From Paraspadella gotoi (taxonomy: Eukaryota > Animalia > Chaetognatha), in the NCBI GenBank assembly GCA_051294375.1, contig CM119268.1, positions 23,794,773 through 23,858,772 on the forward strand: a DNA stretch of 64,000 nucleotides. The letters are read 5' to 3'. The position numbers and the translations under genes are program-made. Below are positions 53,975-64,000 of this stretch, one piece after another (positions within the stretch are counted from its first letter, which is position 1; each line of letters starts with the position of its first letter). A model generated the notes under the pieces. The model was not told where the DNA came from. It saw only the letters and a program-made list of their open reading frames with translations, and searched no databases.

Positions 53975-56900
53975 TCAAGATGGAGGAAGCTGGCTCCGGT
54001 CACTGATCAGGCTTGTAGAAAGGTTTTTTTGTTTTTCGTTCTCGTTCATTTGTCTCGAAAGCATTTCTTTGAGTACAATTGCATAAGTTGGACGATTGTA
54101 AAGTTTTTTGCTTGAGAAATTCTCTGCCGTTGGCTTCGAAAACCGCTCGCACGTTGGCTCATTCATTTCGCGGTTGTTGTTGTTGTTATTTTCCTTTCGC
54201 TCGATTTGCGGAGGAGTCGTCTGACGTGGAGGGCTGGGAGAATACGAAGCCGGCTGCAAAAAACGTAAAGGGGATGATATTGGGTCGGGGAGAGAGTGGG
54301 GTTGCTGGGGTGAGGTCAGGGAGGTGATAGGAGGAGGAGGAGAAGGAGGAGGAGAAGGCGGCGGAGGCGCTGCGCGTTTAGTTTTCGAGCGTGTAATTCG
54401 ATCGGATGGCGCTGGCTGTCTTGTTCTAACGCCTGGTCGTCGGCCAGGTCTTCTTTCCTGTCGAAGGTCGTTCTCCTCGATCTCCAAGTCCTCGTCACTT
54501 ACCCAGGCGGGTTTTACCCGTGCTATATTGACGATTTGGCGACCTGTACTTGGGATTTCAATTGTCATATTTAATCCATTGCGATTAATAACTCTGTAAG
54601 GTCCTTCGTACGGAGGTTCTAACATAGGTTGTACGCCTGCTCGCCTGATGAAGACGTATTTGGCGGATTCCAAGTTGGCGGGGAGGTGCACGTTAGGTTG
54701 CTGGTGGGCCGATGTCGACGTTGGCTGAAGTCTCGCTACTTCGACTCTTAATCTGGATAGTTGTCGTCGTCGTTGTTGACTTAGTTCGTTGTCGTCAACT
54801 TGAGGGTTACCAATGATGCTTCCAGGCACACTCAGGCCTTCGCCGAAGACGAGATCGGCTGCGGATGCTCCGACGTCCTCCTTTATGGTCGTACGTATTG
54901 CTAATAGCGTTAGTGGTAATTTCCAGTACCACTTCTCTTTTTCGTTTTTCGCTAAGGCTATTAATGACTCTTTCAACCTTCTGTGGAACCTCTCTACTAA
55001 ACCATTCGCTTGTGGATGGTAAGATGTTGTCATTTGGTGTTTGATGCCCCATGACTTGGTCAACTGGCGCCACAATGCCGAGTTAAACTGGCTGCCTCGG
55101 TCAGTAGTTATAATCGATGGAGTCCCGAATATGCTAATCCAGTGTAAGCTGAGTGCATCTATTATTGTTGGCGTCAGTGTGTCATGAATTGGGATCGCTG
55201 TAGGCCATCTGGAAAACCTGTCTACGATTGTTAGCAAATGAGCGAATCCATTGGATTTCGGCATCTTTACCAAATCTAAGTTTAGGTGTTGGAATCGACG
55301 AGGTGGGATTTTAAAATCGCCGATTTGTGGAACCACGTGTCGAGTTATTTTTGCCCTTTGGCAATCTATACAATCTCTAGCCCAGCGAGTTATATCTTGA
55401 CGCATGTTCGTCCATACAAATTTCGAAGAGATAGCCTTTCGCGTGGCCTCGACTCCAGGATGGCCGAGGCCATGAATTATCTCGAAGATTTTTCTTCGCC
55501 AAGACGCGGGGACAAACGGCCGAGCTGGGCCGTTCGAAATGTCGGTCAAAAGATCCTGATCTCCTATTTTGATTTTTCGAAAGGTTAGTCCTGTTCTCGC
55601 GTCCTCTGAAATTCGTTGAAAGTCTGGGTCGAGCGATTGTTCCCGAGCCATCTGCTCAAAATCCACTTCGAAACTTGTTAATGAAGCGATTACTGCGTTT
55701 ACATCTTCCAGGCGATTTGGTTTGATGTTTGTCTTGTCTCGTGAGTCGTTCTGTCTTTCGTCGGTTTGTTTTTGTGATTCAGTTGACGTTTTAACTGATG
55801 ACGTCGATGACGACGACGTCGTTGACGACGATGAGGACGACGATAATGGAGACGCTATCGCTGAGACTGTTGACGTTGACGTGGACGACGACGACGACGA
55901 TAATGCGGACGATGTCGATGCTGGCGTCGTGGGAGTTGTTGACGTCGTTGTCGGTGACGAAAGTGACGACGATAATGCGGACAATGATGTCGACGCAGGC
56001 GTCGTCGATGGTTTCGATGTTTTTGTCGACGATGGGAGTGACGACGCTGATGATGACGATGGAGTTGACGTTTCTGCTGCGTTTGGTCTGGATAACGCGT
56101 CTGCTACCACGTTTGCCTTTCCCTTTAGGTAGCGTATATCCGTGGTAAATTCGGCTATCACTGATAGCTGATACGATTGTCTTATCGTTTGTGGCTCTGC
56201 CTTTTTCCGGATCGCAGAGACGAGGCTCTGGTGGTCAGTATATAACGTGAAGGCCCTGCCTTCGATCCAGTGGCGGAAATGGCGTACTGCCCTAAATGCT
56301 CCATACAGTTCCCTATCGAAAGGGGGCCAGAGTCTCTGGTTTTTTGCCAGCTTTGCAGAAAAGAATGCTAGCGGCTCCCACCCTTTCGGTCCACGTTGCT
56401 CGAGGACCGCGCCAACGGCGTGGTCAGATGCGTCGGTTGTTACGCACAATTGAGCGCCTGTCCTGGGATGATGAAGCTGGGCTGCCGATATCAAACCTTC
56501 CTTTATCGCTTCGAAAGATTTTTCGCAGTCGTCAGTCCATGTTAACGATTTCGGCTTTCCGCTGAGTGCCTCGTAAAGTGGAGCGCAGCGATGGGCGACT
56601 TTAGGGATGAAACGCCTGTAGTAGTTTATCATCCCTAAAAATCGCTGCAACTCCTTGATTGAAGTTGGGCGCGTCGTTTCTCTCAACGTTTGGACGCGTT
56701 CGGGTAGAGGGCGGACTCCATTCTTATCGACTAAAAAGCCGAGGAATTCAAGTGAGTCTTGTCCTAATAAACACTTTTTTGTGTTTACCACAAGTCCATT
56801 TTCGTCGAGAGCCTTGAAAACCCTTTCCAAGTCTTGGAAGTGCTCCTCGGGCGTTGATGATGCTACCAAGATATCATCGAGGTACACAAAGGTATGCGGG

Positions 56901-57898
56901 ACGTCGCCTAGGATCTCATCCATAAGGCGCTGAAAATCCTGTCCCGCATTCTTCAAACCAAATGGGCAACGAGGAAACACATAAAGGCCAAACGGTGTTA
57001 TAACGGCCGTCTTTTTCACATCCTTAGGGTCAACAGGTATCTGATGATAGCCTTTTAAAAGGTCTATCTTCGAGAATATAGTTTTTCCCTCTAACTGCGA
57101 ATTGAAATCAGTCAGTAGTTTTACAGGATACCTATCCTCCACTGTCTGGGCGTTCAGGCGCCTGTAGTCGCCACAGCAGCGCCATCCGCCGTCTGGTTTG
57201 GCAACTACGTGGAGTGGGGACGACCATTCTGATTTTCCACGTTTTGCAATACCTAATGAAACCATTCGTTCGAGTTCCCTCTTCGCCACTGCTAGCTTTT
57301 CAGGATCTAGGCGTCTTGCACGTGACTGACAAGGGCGTCCCTCTGTCGGGATCGAGTGGGTGACGCCATGTCTGGGGGATTTCAACTCGAATGTAGGTGT
57401 GGAAAGGGAGGGGAAAGAGTCAAGCAGCTTGTAGAATTTTTCGCCCTTTCTGTCGACGAAATTCACGTGGGCTGACGGCTCGTTCGATGTTGAGGCAGCT
57501 ATCGTCGAATAGTCTTTTAGATCGAGAAGGAGACCATCGCGATGGTTTGGTGCCAGAAAATTCTCCGCGAGAAAATCGGCGCCGAGTATGTGTTGTTTCA
57601 CGTCGGCGACGACGAATTGATAGCTGAATTTTCTGTTGCCTAATTGAACGATTCGGTCGATTGTTCCATAACAGTCGATAGGCGATCCATTGGCCGCCTG
57701 GAGTTTTGTTGATGGGTCTGGTCCTCGTTGACGTTGTTGAGGAGATGGTGGAACAATCGATAAAAGCGCGCCGCCATCTACGAGCCACTTAGTTCTGTCC
57801 CCGGCGTCTCTTATATATAGCAAATCATTGGAGGCCGGCGAACGAGTTGACTCTTGGGGGACGGCGTTCACCGTCGACGTCCCCCTTTGGAGTTTCCC
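53975..57898 (-). CDS. pol: Pol polyprotein (aspartic protease, RT, RNase H, integrase with HHCC/DDE/GPY-F), reached by -1 frameshift from gag
   Basis: WLVDGGA, CGDYRRLN, YLDD, TDAS/DREL, HGLGH...CIDC, IITTDRGSQF, NGLVERF and PPYEGPY within a 1325-codon open frame. Confidence 0.95.
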   Translation of the reverse strand, partial: GKLQRGTSTVNAVPQESTRSPASNDLLYIRDAGDRTKWLVDGGALLSIVPPSPQQRQRGPDPSTKLQAANGSPIDCYGTIDRIVQLGNRKFSYQFVVADVKQHILGADFLAENFLAPNHRDGLLLDLKDYSTIAASTSNEPSAHVNFVDRKGEKFYKLLDSFPSLSTPTFELKSPRHGVTHSIPTEGRPCQSRARRLDPEKLAVAKRELERMVSLGIAKRGKSEWSSPLHVVAKPDGGWRCCGDYRRLNAQTVEDRYPVKLLTDFNSQLEGKTIFSKIDLLKGYHQIPVDPKDVKKTAVITPFGLYVFPRCPFGLKNAGQDFQRLMDEILGDVPHTFVYLDDILVASSTPEEHFQDLERVFKALDENGLVVNTKKCLLGQDSLEFLGFLVDKNGVRPLPERVQTLRETTRPTSIKELQRFLGMINYYRRFIPKVAHRCAPLYEALSGKPKSLTWTDDCEKSFEAIKEGLISAAQLHHPRTGAQLCVTTDASDHAVGAVLEQRGPKGWEPLAFFSAKLAKNQRLWPPFDRELYGAFRAVRHFRHWIEGRAFTLYTDHQSLVSAIRKKAEPQTIRQSYQLSVIAEFTTDIRYLKGKANVVADALSRPNAAETSTPSSSSASSLPSSTKTSKPSTTPASTSLSALSSSLSSPTTTSTTPTTPASTSSALSSSSSSTSTSTVSAIASPLSSSSSSSTTSSSSTSSVKTSTESQKQTDERQNDSRDKTNIKPNRLEDVNAVIASLTSFEVDFEQMAREQSLDPDFQRISEDARTGLTFRKIKIGDQDLLTDISNGPARPFVPASWRRKIFEIIHGLGHPGVEATRKAISSKFVWTNMRQDITRWARDCIDCQRAKITRHVVPQIGDFKIPPRRFQHLNLDLVKMPKSNGFAHLLTIVDRFSRWPTAIPIHDTLTPTIIDALSLHWISIFGTPSIITTDRGSQFNSALWRQLTKSWGIKHQMTTSYHPQANGLVERFHRRLKESLIALAKNEKEKWYWKLPLTLLAIRTTIKEDVGASAADLVFGEGLSVPGSIIGNPQVDDNELSQQRRRQLSRLRVEVARLQPTSTSAHQQPNVHLPANLESAKYVFIRRAGVQPMLEPPYEGPYRVINRNGLNMTIEIPSTGRQIVNIARVKPAWVSDEDLEIEENDLRQERRPGRRPGVRTRQPAPSDRITRSKTKRAAPPPPSPPPSPPPPITSLTSPQQPHSLPDPISSPLRFLQPASYSPSPPRQTTPPQIERKENNNNNNREMNEPTCERFSKPTAENFSSKKLYNRPTYAIVLKEMLSRQMNENEKQKNLSTSLISDRSQLPPS
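57856..57898 (-). promoter_or_regulatory. -1 programmed ribosomal frameshift signal
   Basis: G GGA AAC in the gag frame (57898-57892), a 6-nt spacer, then an 8-bp stem GGGGGACG/CGTCCCCC; pol is in the -1 frame. Confidence 0.85.
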
Positions 57899-58971
57899 TC
57901 TTTCTTCTTCTGCAGCTCCTCGAATTTCGCGCATCCTGGGTCGCAACTCCAAGCATCATCGCCGAATTTTATATGCTTGGAGCATAGCGTCGTCAATTTA
58001 GTTTTCGTTTTCCCTTTGGATGGCTGCTGCTGACGTTTTTTTCCGTTGAAAGGCTTACGAGAACGGCTATCGACGGCATTGACGCCGTCTTCGTCGTTTG
58101 AGTCGGAGTCGTGGGCGTGTTGACGATTATAGTCGACGTTGTGAACTAGGGAGGACGCCTGGCGTATCTTCACGTTGCCTTCGTTATCGTAGTGGCGGTC
58201 GGCGATCTTACACAGTTCGCTGGCTGTTATGTCGTCCGCTTTATCCTCTAGCTGACGTCTGATTTCCGTTGGCAACTCTCTGAGGATTTTTTCTTTTCGT
58301 ATGTCGTCTATAGTCACCGTTCTGGTTTTGTCCTCGAGTTGTGCCAACATTTTCGAGGGTTTAGTGGCGTCGACGTCGAGGGCGTCGATGATATTGGACG
58401 CCTGTTGTCGTCGAGTCAGGCCATATTCGGATCTGAGGTAACGGATGAATTCGTTCCAGGTTGCCTCTGTCGTTTCACCAAAAAGATATTGGTTGATCTT
58501 AGGATCAACGTCGACTCCGATCTTCGCTTCCAAATGAGCGAATTTGTTTCGAGGGTTAGTTATGCCGGCCCTGGTGTACGCGGCTTCAATTCGCTTTATC
58601 CAGATCTCGATGTTTTTTGTATCAAAATCTGGTAAGTCCGGTTTCCTATTCGAAACGCGTTCCAAAGCACGTGTAGCGGCGGCGAGAGCGGCACGGAGCT
58701 CGTCGTTCTCGTCCCTTAAGTCTCTAGGAGCGGCGGCGCTGTTGGTCGGTCGGTCTGTCGCCATCGCGGCGTCCTCGAAATCGGCGGCGCCGTTTGATGC
58801 GTAGTTGAAGATGGCCGCGGCGTCAGTAAACGTGGGAGAGATCGAACGCGATCGCTGTCCTCGTCCGAAACCACAGGGAATCTGCAGTCTTATCGCCTCG
58901 TTTTGTCGGTCTTCTGCCGCGGCGTCGCGGTGAGCGGAACGAAGGCGGGAGCGGAGATCTGAGTCGCTCAT
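57868..58971 (-). CDS. gag: Gag protein
   Basis: 367-aa ORF upstream of pol with the capsid-like LPDFDTKNIEIWIKRIEAAY motif and a C-terminal CxxH-x9-C-x3-C motif (CSKHIKFGDDAWSCDPGC). Confidence 0.9.
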   Translation of the reverse strand: MSDSDLRSRLRSAHRDAAAEDRQNEAIRLQIPCGFGRGQRSRSISPTFTDAAAIFNYASNGAADFEDAAMATDRPTNSAAAPRDLRDENDELRAALAAATRALERVSNRKPDLPDFDTKNIEIWIKRIEAAYTRAGITNPRNKFAHLEAKIGVDVDPKINQYLFGETTEATWNEFIRYLRSEYGLTRRQQASNIIDALDVDATKPSKMLAQLEDKTRTVTIDDIRKEKILRELPTEIRRQLEDKADDITASELCKIADRHYDNEGNVKIRQASSLVHNVDYNRQHAHDSDSNDEDGVNAVDSRSRKPFNGKKRQQQPSKGKTKTKLTTLCSKHIKFGDDAWSCDPGCAKFEELQKKKEGNSKGGRRR

Positions 58972-59142
58972 CTATGTCTTTGACCCCGTCGTTTCGTTGT
59001 GGAGACGTAGGAAAAAAGAGAGGGGAGGAAAGTGTGAGAAGATTGGGCGACTTTCTCACTTAATTCCCGATTTTAACCCAATCTTACCTTGGAAAAGGTT
59101 TAAATCCACTTTGTTCTCCAATGGTCGGTCGGTCTGTTCTTT

Positions 59143-59156
59143 GTCGGTTCTCACCA
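59143..59156 (-). promoter_or_regulatory. Primer-binding site TGGTGAGAACCGAC
   Basis: Starts with TGG, 2 nt after the 5' LTR; resembles the complement of a tRNA-Trp 3' end (...GTCGGGGTCACCA). Confidence 0.7.
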
Positions 59157-59158
59157 TG

Positions 59159-59664
59159 TGTGGCAAGGCCCACGAGTTATGCCACAGCGTGACGGGGGGC
59201 GTGACAACACGAGTGTCACGTACTAAGACGATTATTATGAGTAATGACGTCGCAGGGAAAATGTGTCACGTGATGAATAATTAATTGTTTTTGATAACTC
59301 ATTAATGTATTCTATACATTTGTTGTGATAAAATAAAACGAAGGAATATCATAGTAAATGATAAGAGCATAGTTTATTTCATGAGTTAAAATCCAGACTG
59401 AATTTGATTCAGTAAACAATCAATAAAGAAGAGTATCAAATAACAAAAGGTTTAAACCATATTGACATCTACTGGAGATTGAGGTAAAACAAAAGATTCC
59501 AGCTTTTGTTAAAGTTATAACAAGGATATTTGTTCAAAAGATTTTATGGTTGTCTGGATGGCTGAGAGTTGTAACTCTAGACATTCCAGAGCTCGAGTCC
59601 GGGTTCGATCCCGGAGGCGGAGATATTATTTTCATAATTGGAATAAACTACTCAATTAACTACA
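59159..59664 (-). repeat. 5' LTR of element C
   Basis: Direct repeat of 53174-53678. Confidence 0.95.
59552..59621 (+). ncRNA. tRNA-like Pol III cassette in the element C LTR (also ~53569-53637), antisense to the element
   Basis: GTCTGGATGGCTGAGAG (A-box-like TGGCTGAG), a TTCCAGA loop, then TCCGGG TTCGAT CCCGGA (B-box GGTTCGATCCC in a T-arm hairpin); 70-nt span. Confidence 0.5.
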
Positions 59665-59980
59665 ACCTTAAACCTTAACCCTATTTCCTATTCCCTAACC
59701 CTACACTCATCCTTATCCTTAACCTAATCCTTAACCTTCATCGTTAATCCTTAATTTCAACCTTAACCTTAACCTAACTCTATTCTTTAATCCTACCCTA
59801 ATCCTAATCCTTAACCTAATCCTAATCTTAATCCTTAATCAATAATTTAATCTTTATTCTCTATTCCTAACCTTTACTTTAATCTTCTTTTTTTTTAAAA
59901 AACTAAATTAATTCCGAATTTAAAATGAAATAAGGCGATATGAGAAAATAACGCCCCAAAAAATAAAAAAAAAAAATCTT

Positions 59981-61936
59981 AAAAGCATAAGGATCAAGCC
60001 ATGATGATAGTCATTCATTGATGCGATGATAGTCATTCATTGACGCGATGAATCATTCATCGTAAATAAAACAACAATGCGTGTATGAGTGAAAGAGAGA
60101 GAGAGAGAGGCTGGACAGTTTTCCCGCCAACGAAACGCATTATTAGGTCTCTCTCGTTTATAAAGAATAATCAGAATTTTTAGGGAAAAATCCACGAAAA
60201 TCTCGGATGTAAATTTGGGATTTTGTATTGAGAAAAAAGCGCGGAATAAATGGCGATAATAAAAGTTTTTAGAAGGAAAAAAGGAGAGAGAGAGAGAGAA
60301 AGGAGAGGAGAGAGAAGCTGGACAGCCGCTGGACCGCCGCTGGACTGCCGCTGCAGAGCTGAACTCATTTTCCGACGAATATGAGTAGGGACGAACTCTT
60401 TTCCTTTCTATAAAAAAATATTACAAAATAAATATTTGGGTATAGAGCCATATAAGAAATTTTTTGTACATTGAAAGTAAACTTAAAAATGCATAAATTT
60501 TCGTTTGAGCATGTTCCCATACTAAATTTTTTATTCACCCCATTGAGAGGGGCTCCCCTATTCAGAAGAAAAAAAACTAAACTCTTTTCAATAATAATGA
60601 TCCAAAATTATAATCCCTATTAACAAAATATATAGTTGAAAATACTCAGTTAACGACTATGATATTTTTTGACTTCCAAATATTTTTTTTACTTATCAAA
60701 AAAAAATTTTATTTCCTCATTTTTAAAAAATTTTAATCTTGAATGAAATTTTTGATTGTTCTTTTTTTAGGAAGAAACCAGACTGAGGTCAAATTTTATA
60801 TTTGCATATTTAATTAATTTATAAATAGTTATCACAACTCAATAAATTATTATTTAAAAAAAAGATAAAAATGATTTAAATATATACACTAAAAATATTT
60901 ATAAATTTAATAATAGTATAAATTATCAGAATAACAAAAAAAGTAATGTTTAATTTGACTATATCTCTCTTATCAACTCCTATTTTAGATATAATTTTGC
61001 CAATAGTGGGCCAACCGGTTCAAAGTTACAATAATAAATAAATACAAATTTATTTTTTTTTAATGTAATGCATATTGTTCGGCGAAAAGTGCTGCAATAT
61101 ATAATATGTCACATTAGCTGATTTACATGTGACAATGCATGTTAATATAAGTTATTCTTTCACTTTTTTAAAAATGTATCCACGAAAATCTCGGATGTAA
61201 ATTTGGGATTTTGTATTGAGAAAAAAGCCCCGAATAAAAGTTTTTTAGAAAGAAAACATAATCATAATTTTTCAAAAAAAGAACGATCACGCAAGAGATC
61301 GTAAAGAGAGAGAAAGAGAGACAAAGCTGACAGCTGCTTGAAGGCCGCTGTACAGTCAGTGCAGAAACTGAACTCGTTTTTTTCTGAAATAAAAGAATAA
61401 AAGAAATAAAAGAAATAAAAGAAAGGCAAAAAATGTTACAATGGTTTACAATTGGAAATTTTTCCAATTTTTTCAATCGCAGCTTGTAAAAGATTTTATT
61501 TTTATTTGTATTAAAATTAAGATATAGCTTCTGCATTAAAAAGTTATTTTTGAGTTCCCATTTTTATTAGAGATTTAAAAAAAATTTTTTGAATTTCATC
61601 TTCAATATTATATACTGCAATATGTAAATTAGATTAAAGCATTTCTATATACTAATTTGGATATGATAATGAGTACTATAATCTCATTTGCATATTGCAG
61701 TAAATCATAATGAAGTGGAAATTCAAACAAAAATACTTAAATCCAAAATGTAATAAGAAAATATCAAAGCTATTTCAAGTTGAGAAGCCATATCTAAATT
61801 TTTTAACTTACTATGATCGCACACTTTTGTAAAACTTTAGAATAATTCATATAATTTTATTTAAAAAAAAACGTAAGTACAGCCAAACGCTATAAAAGCG
61901 TAGTAGTTTTTATTTAAAAACAGCGTGACGGCCGCC

Positions 61937-61968
<32 letters not shown>

Positions 61969-62038
61969 CTACATCACAAAGAAGCTCACCCGAATCAATA
62001 TCAAGCCTGAACCGGCTTCGCCGGTCATGGCTTGATAA
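59981..62038 (-). mobile_element. HINE-like non-autonomous element
   Basis: Inverted repeat ATCAAGCCATGA (59993-60004) / TCATGGCTTGAT (62025-62036), terminal hairpin tcaagcctgaaccggc-ttc-gccggtcatggcttga and an adjacent (GAC)n tract. Confidence 0.7.
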
Positions 62039-62225
62039 CAATTCTAAAAGATTTCATTGATTTTTTCGTCTCAGAGAAACAAAAGAAGAAATATGATAAT
62101 TAAGTTGAAGATAATTTTATGGAAATCAACTCTATTCGGATTTTGCTTCATCATTGGATTCATCGTCGAGAGATTCGATCAAATTCTGACCAAAATCTAC
62201 AAAATTGCGTCGGAATGAAGATACA

Positions 62226-62426
62226 TAAGGGTTGATAGCATATTCTGGGTAAGGGTTGATAGCTTATTCTGAGTAAGGGTTGATAGCTTATTCTGAGTAA
62301 GGGTTGATAGCTTATTCTGAGTAAGGGTTGATAGCTTATTCTGAGTAAGGGTTGATAGCTTATTCTGAGTAAGGGTTGATAGCTTATTCTGAGTAAGGGT
62401 TGAGAGCTTATTCTGAGTAAGGGTTG
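62226..62426 (+). repeat. 24-bp minisatellite (TAAGGGTTGATAGCTTATTCTGAG) x ~8.4
   Basis: Near-perfect head-to-tail units with no spacers. Confidence 0.95.
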
Positions 62427-62536
62427 AAATTTAGACTACTCTTTTTTTTTTAATAACGATAACGATATTAACACAATTGAATACAATTCAATTCTTTTAT
62501 CAATATTGAATATTTTTTCAGATTTTTTGCTGCGGC

Positions 62537-62567
<31 letters not shown>

Positions 62568-62678
62568 AACGACGAAGACGACGACGACGACGACGATGAC
62601 GACGATAACCACATCAATTCATATACAAGTGAGGAGAAAATAATTTAAAGAGATTTATTAATTCTACTCAAACTATGT

Positions 62679-62735
<57 letters not shown>

Positions 62736-62959
62736 ACACTGCCCTACCATTCTACCATTGACCTATGTAGTTGTATTCTGAGTAAAATAAAATAATAATA
62801 AATTTCAATGACATTTTGAAAAATTATTTATTAAAAAATGAGATCAGATTCAGAAATCCAATTAAGTATTTTAATTGGTTCGAGAATTATATATGTTATT
62901 AAATTAGATGATAATTTAACTATTTTTTAATAGAACGTAGTACTAACGTAGCTTGGGAT

Positions 62960-62969
62960 GAGAAAGAGG

Positions 62970-63008
<39 letters not shown>

Positions 63009-63035
63009 GATGAGAGAGATAGAGAGAGAGATGAG

Positions 63036-63087
<52 letters not shown>

Positions 63088-63178
63088 ATGAGAAGAGAGA
63101 GAGAGCGAGATAGAGAGAGAGAAAGAGAGAGAGAGGAGAGAGAGAGAGAGAGGAGCAGATAGAGTGAGAGGAGAGAGA

Positions 63179-63228
<50 letters not shown>

Positions 63229-63740
63229 GAGTCAATTTCCCTTCACTTTCACTAACGCGTCTTCAACTTTGAGCGACGAAACCAAAAATTCTTTTTTTCT
63301 CGAGAAGACAGATCAGAGGACGAATCTTGTGTGAGGAGATAGCGAGAGGCCTGAGAGGGAGAGGGAGATGAGGGGGAGAGGGAGAAGGAGAGGGAGAAGG
63401 AGAAGGGGAGGGAGATAGAGAAAGGGAGGGAGAACGGGAGAGAGAAGGAGAGGGAGAAGGGGAGGGATGGAGTGGAGAAGGGGTAGGGAAAAGAGGCAGG
63501 TAAGTGGCGGCAAGGAAGCAGGAAGCAGAGGAAGAAGGAGAAGTGAAAGGGAGATGTAAGAAGGGGAGGGGTAAGAAAGCGGAGGAAGAGGGAGAAGAGT
63601 AGGGAGCGAGAGTAGAAGGGAAAGAGAAAGGGGACAGGAAGGAGAGGGGAGAGGAGAAGGAGGGGAGGGAAGAGGCGGGTAAGAGGAGTGATGGAGAGGC
63701 AGAATACGTAGGAAGAGGGGAAGAGGGGAAGGAAGATGAG
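62960..63740 (+). repeat. (GA)n and polypurine low-complexity tract
   Basis: Almost purely A/G sequence apart from ~63235-63350. Confidence 0.9.
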
Positions 63741-64000
63741 AATTCAAAAAATATCAGGGAGACTCGCTACACACGACATATAGACAATTTGACAGAGAGA
63801 CGGATAGTCAGAAAACAGACAGACAGATCCCCACCCAAGACTTAAGACAACAAAATGGAGAGAAAGACCGGAAAAGGTTGACTGCCAAAGAGAAAGAATT
63901 AACATACGTCAGTTAAACGGACAGACGGACCGACAGTTAGACCACCAGCCACACAGAGGGACAGACAGACTGTCCTCTAGTTTAAGATGGTTAGATAGAC

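Larger units (their letters stand above)
53174..59664 (-). mobile_element. Intact Ty3/Gypsy LTR retrotransposon (element C)
   Basis: ~505-bp TGT...ACA LTRs differing by only a few single-base indels, 4-bp TSD ACCT (53170-53173 and 59665-59668), PBS, PPT and open gag and pol. Confidence 0.97.

Noticed and set aside
53670-54115. Possible env or extra ORF after pol
   Set aside because: Only ~285 bp lie between the pol stop and the PPT, and the short ORFs there have no recognisable features.
55722-56148. Asp/Val-rich and Thr/Met-rich ORFs on the + strand
   Set aside because: They are antisense shadows of the Ser/Thr triplet-repeat linker in pol.
62226-62426. 24-bp repeat array resembling a CRISPR
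   Set aside because: Units are head-to-tail with no unique spacers, there are no cas genes, and the context is eukaryotic.

Overview
AT-rich, repeat-dense eukaryotic (probably animal) DNA with many (GA/CT)n microsatellites, N-gaps and clear signs of indel-noisy, partly redundant assembly. The window holds one intact young Ty3/Gypsy LTR retrotransposon (53174-59664, minus strand; gag, -1 frameshift, pol, 4-bp TSD), two frameshifted Gypsy elements (15.2-20.6 kb and 44.7-51.1 kb), a TRIM-type mini LTR element in several copies and a probable solo LTR. It also holds several Helentron-associated (HINE/DINE-like) repeats, a hAT-type MITE containing a Penelope-type minimal hammerhead ribozyme, and a 5-kb TIR element. 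One apparently intronless gene encodes a permuted papain-like (PPPDE/LRAT-type) peptidase fused to an NB-ARC-like STAND NTPase; its 3' paralogous copies differ in having or lacking an ankyrin module. The most unusual signals are (1) tRNA-like (Pol III A/B-box) cassettes inside the LTRs of two, possibly three, unrelated LTR families and (2) the peptidase-STAND-(ankyrin) NLR-like gene. Most short ORFs in the track are microsatellite or antisense artefacts.
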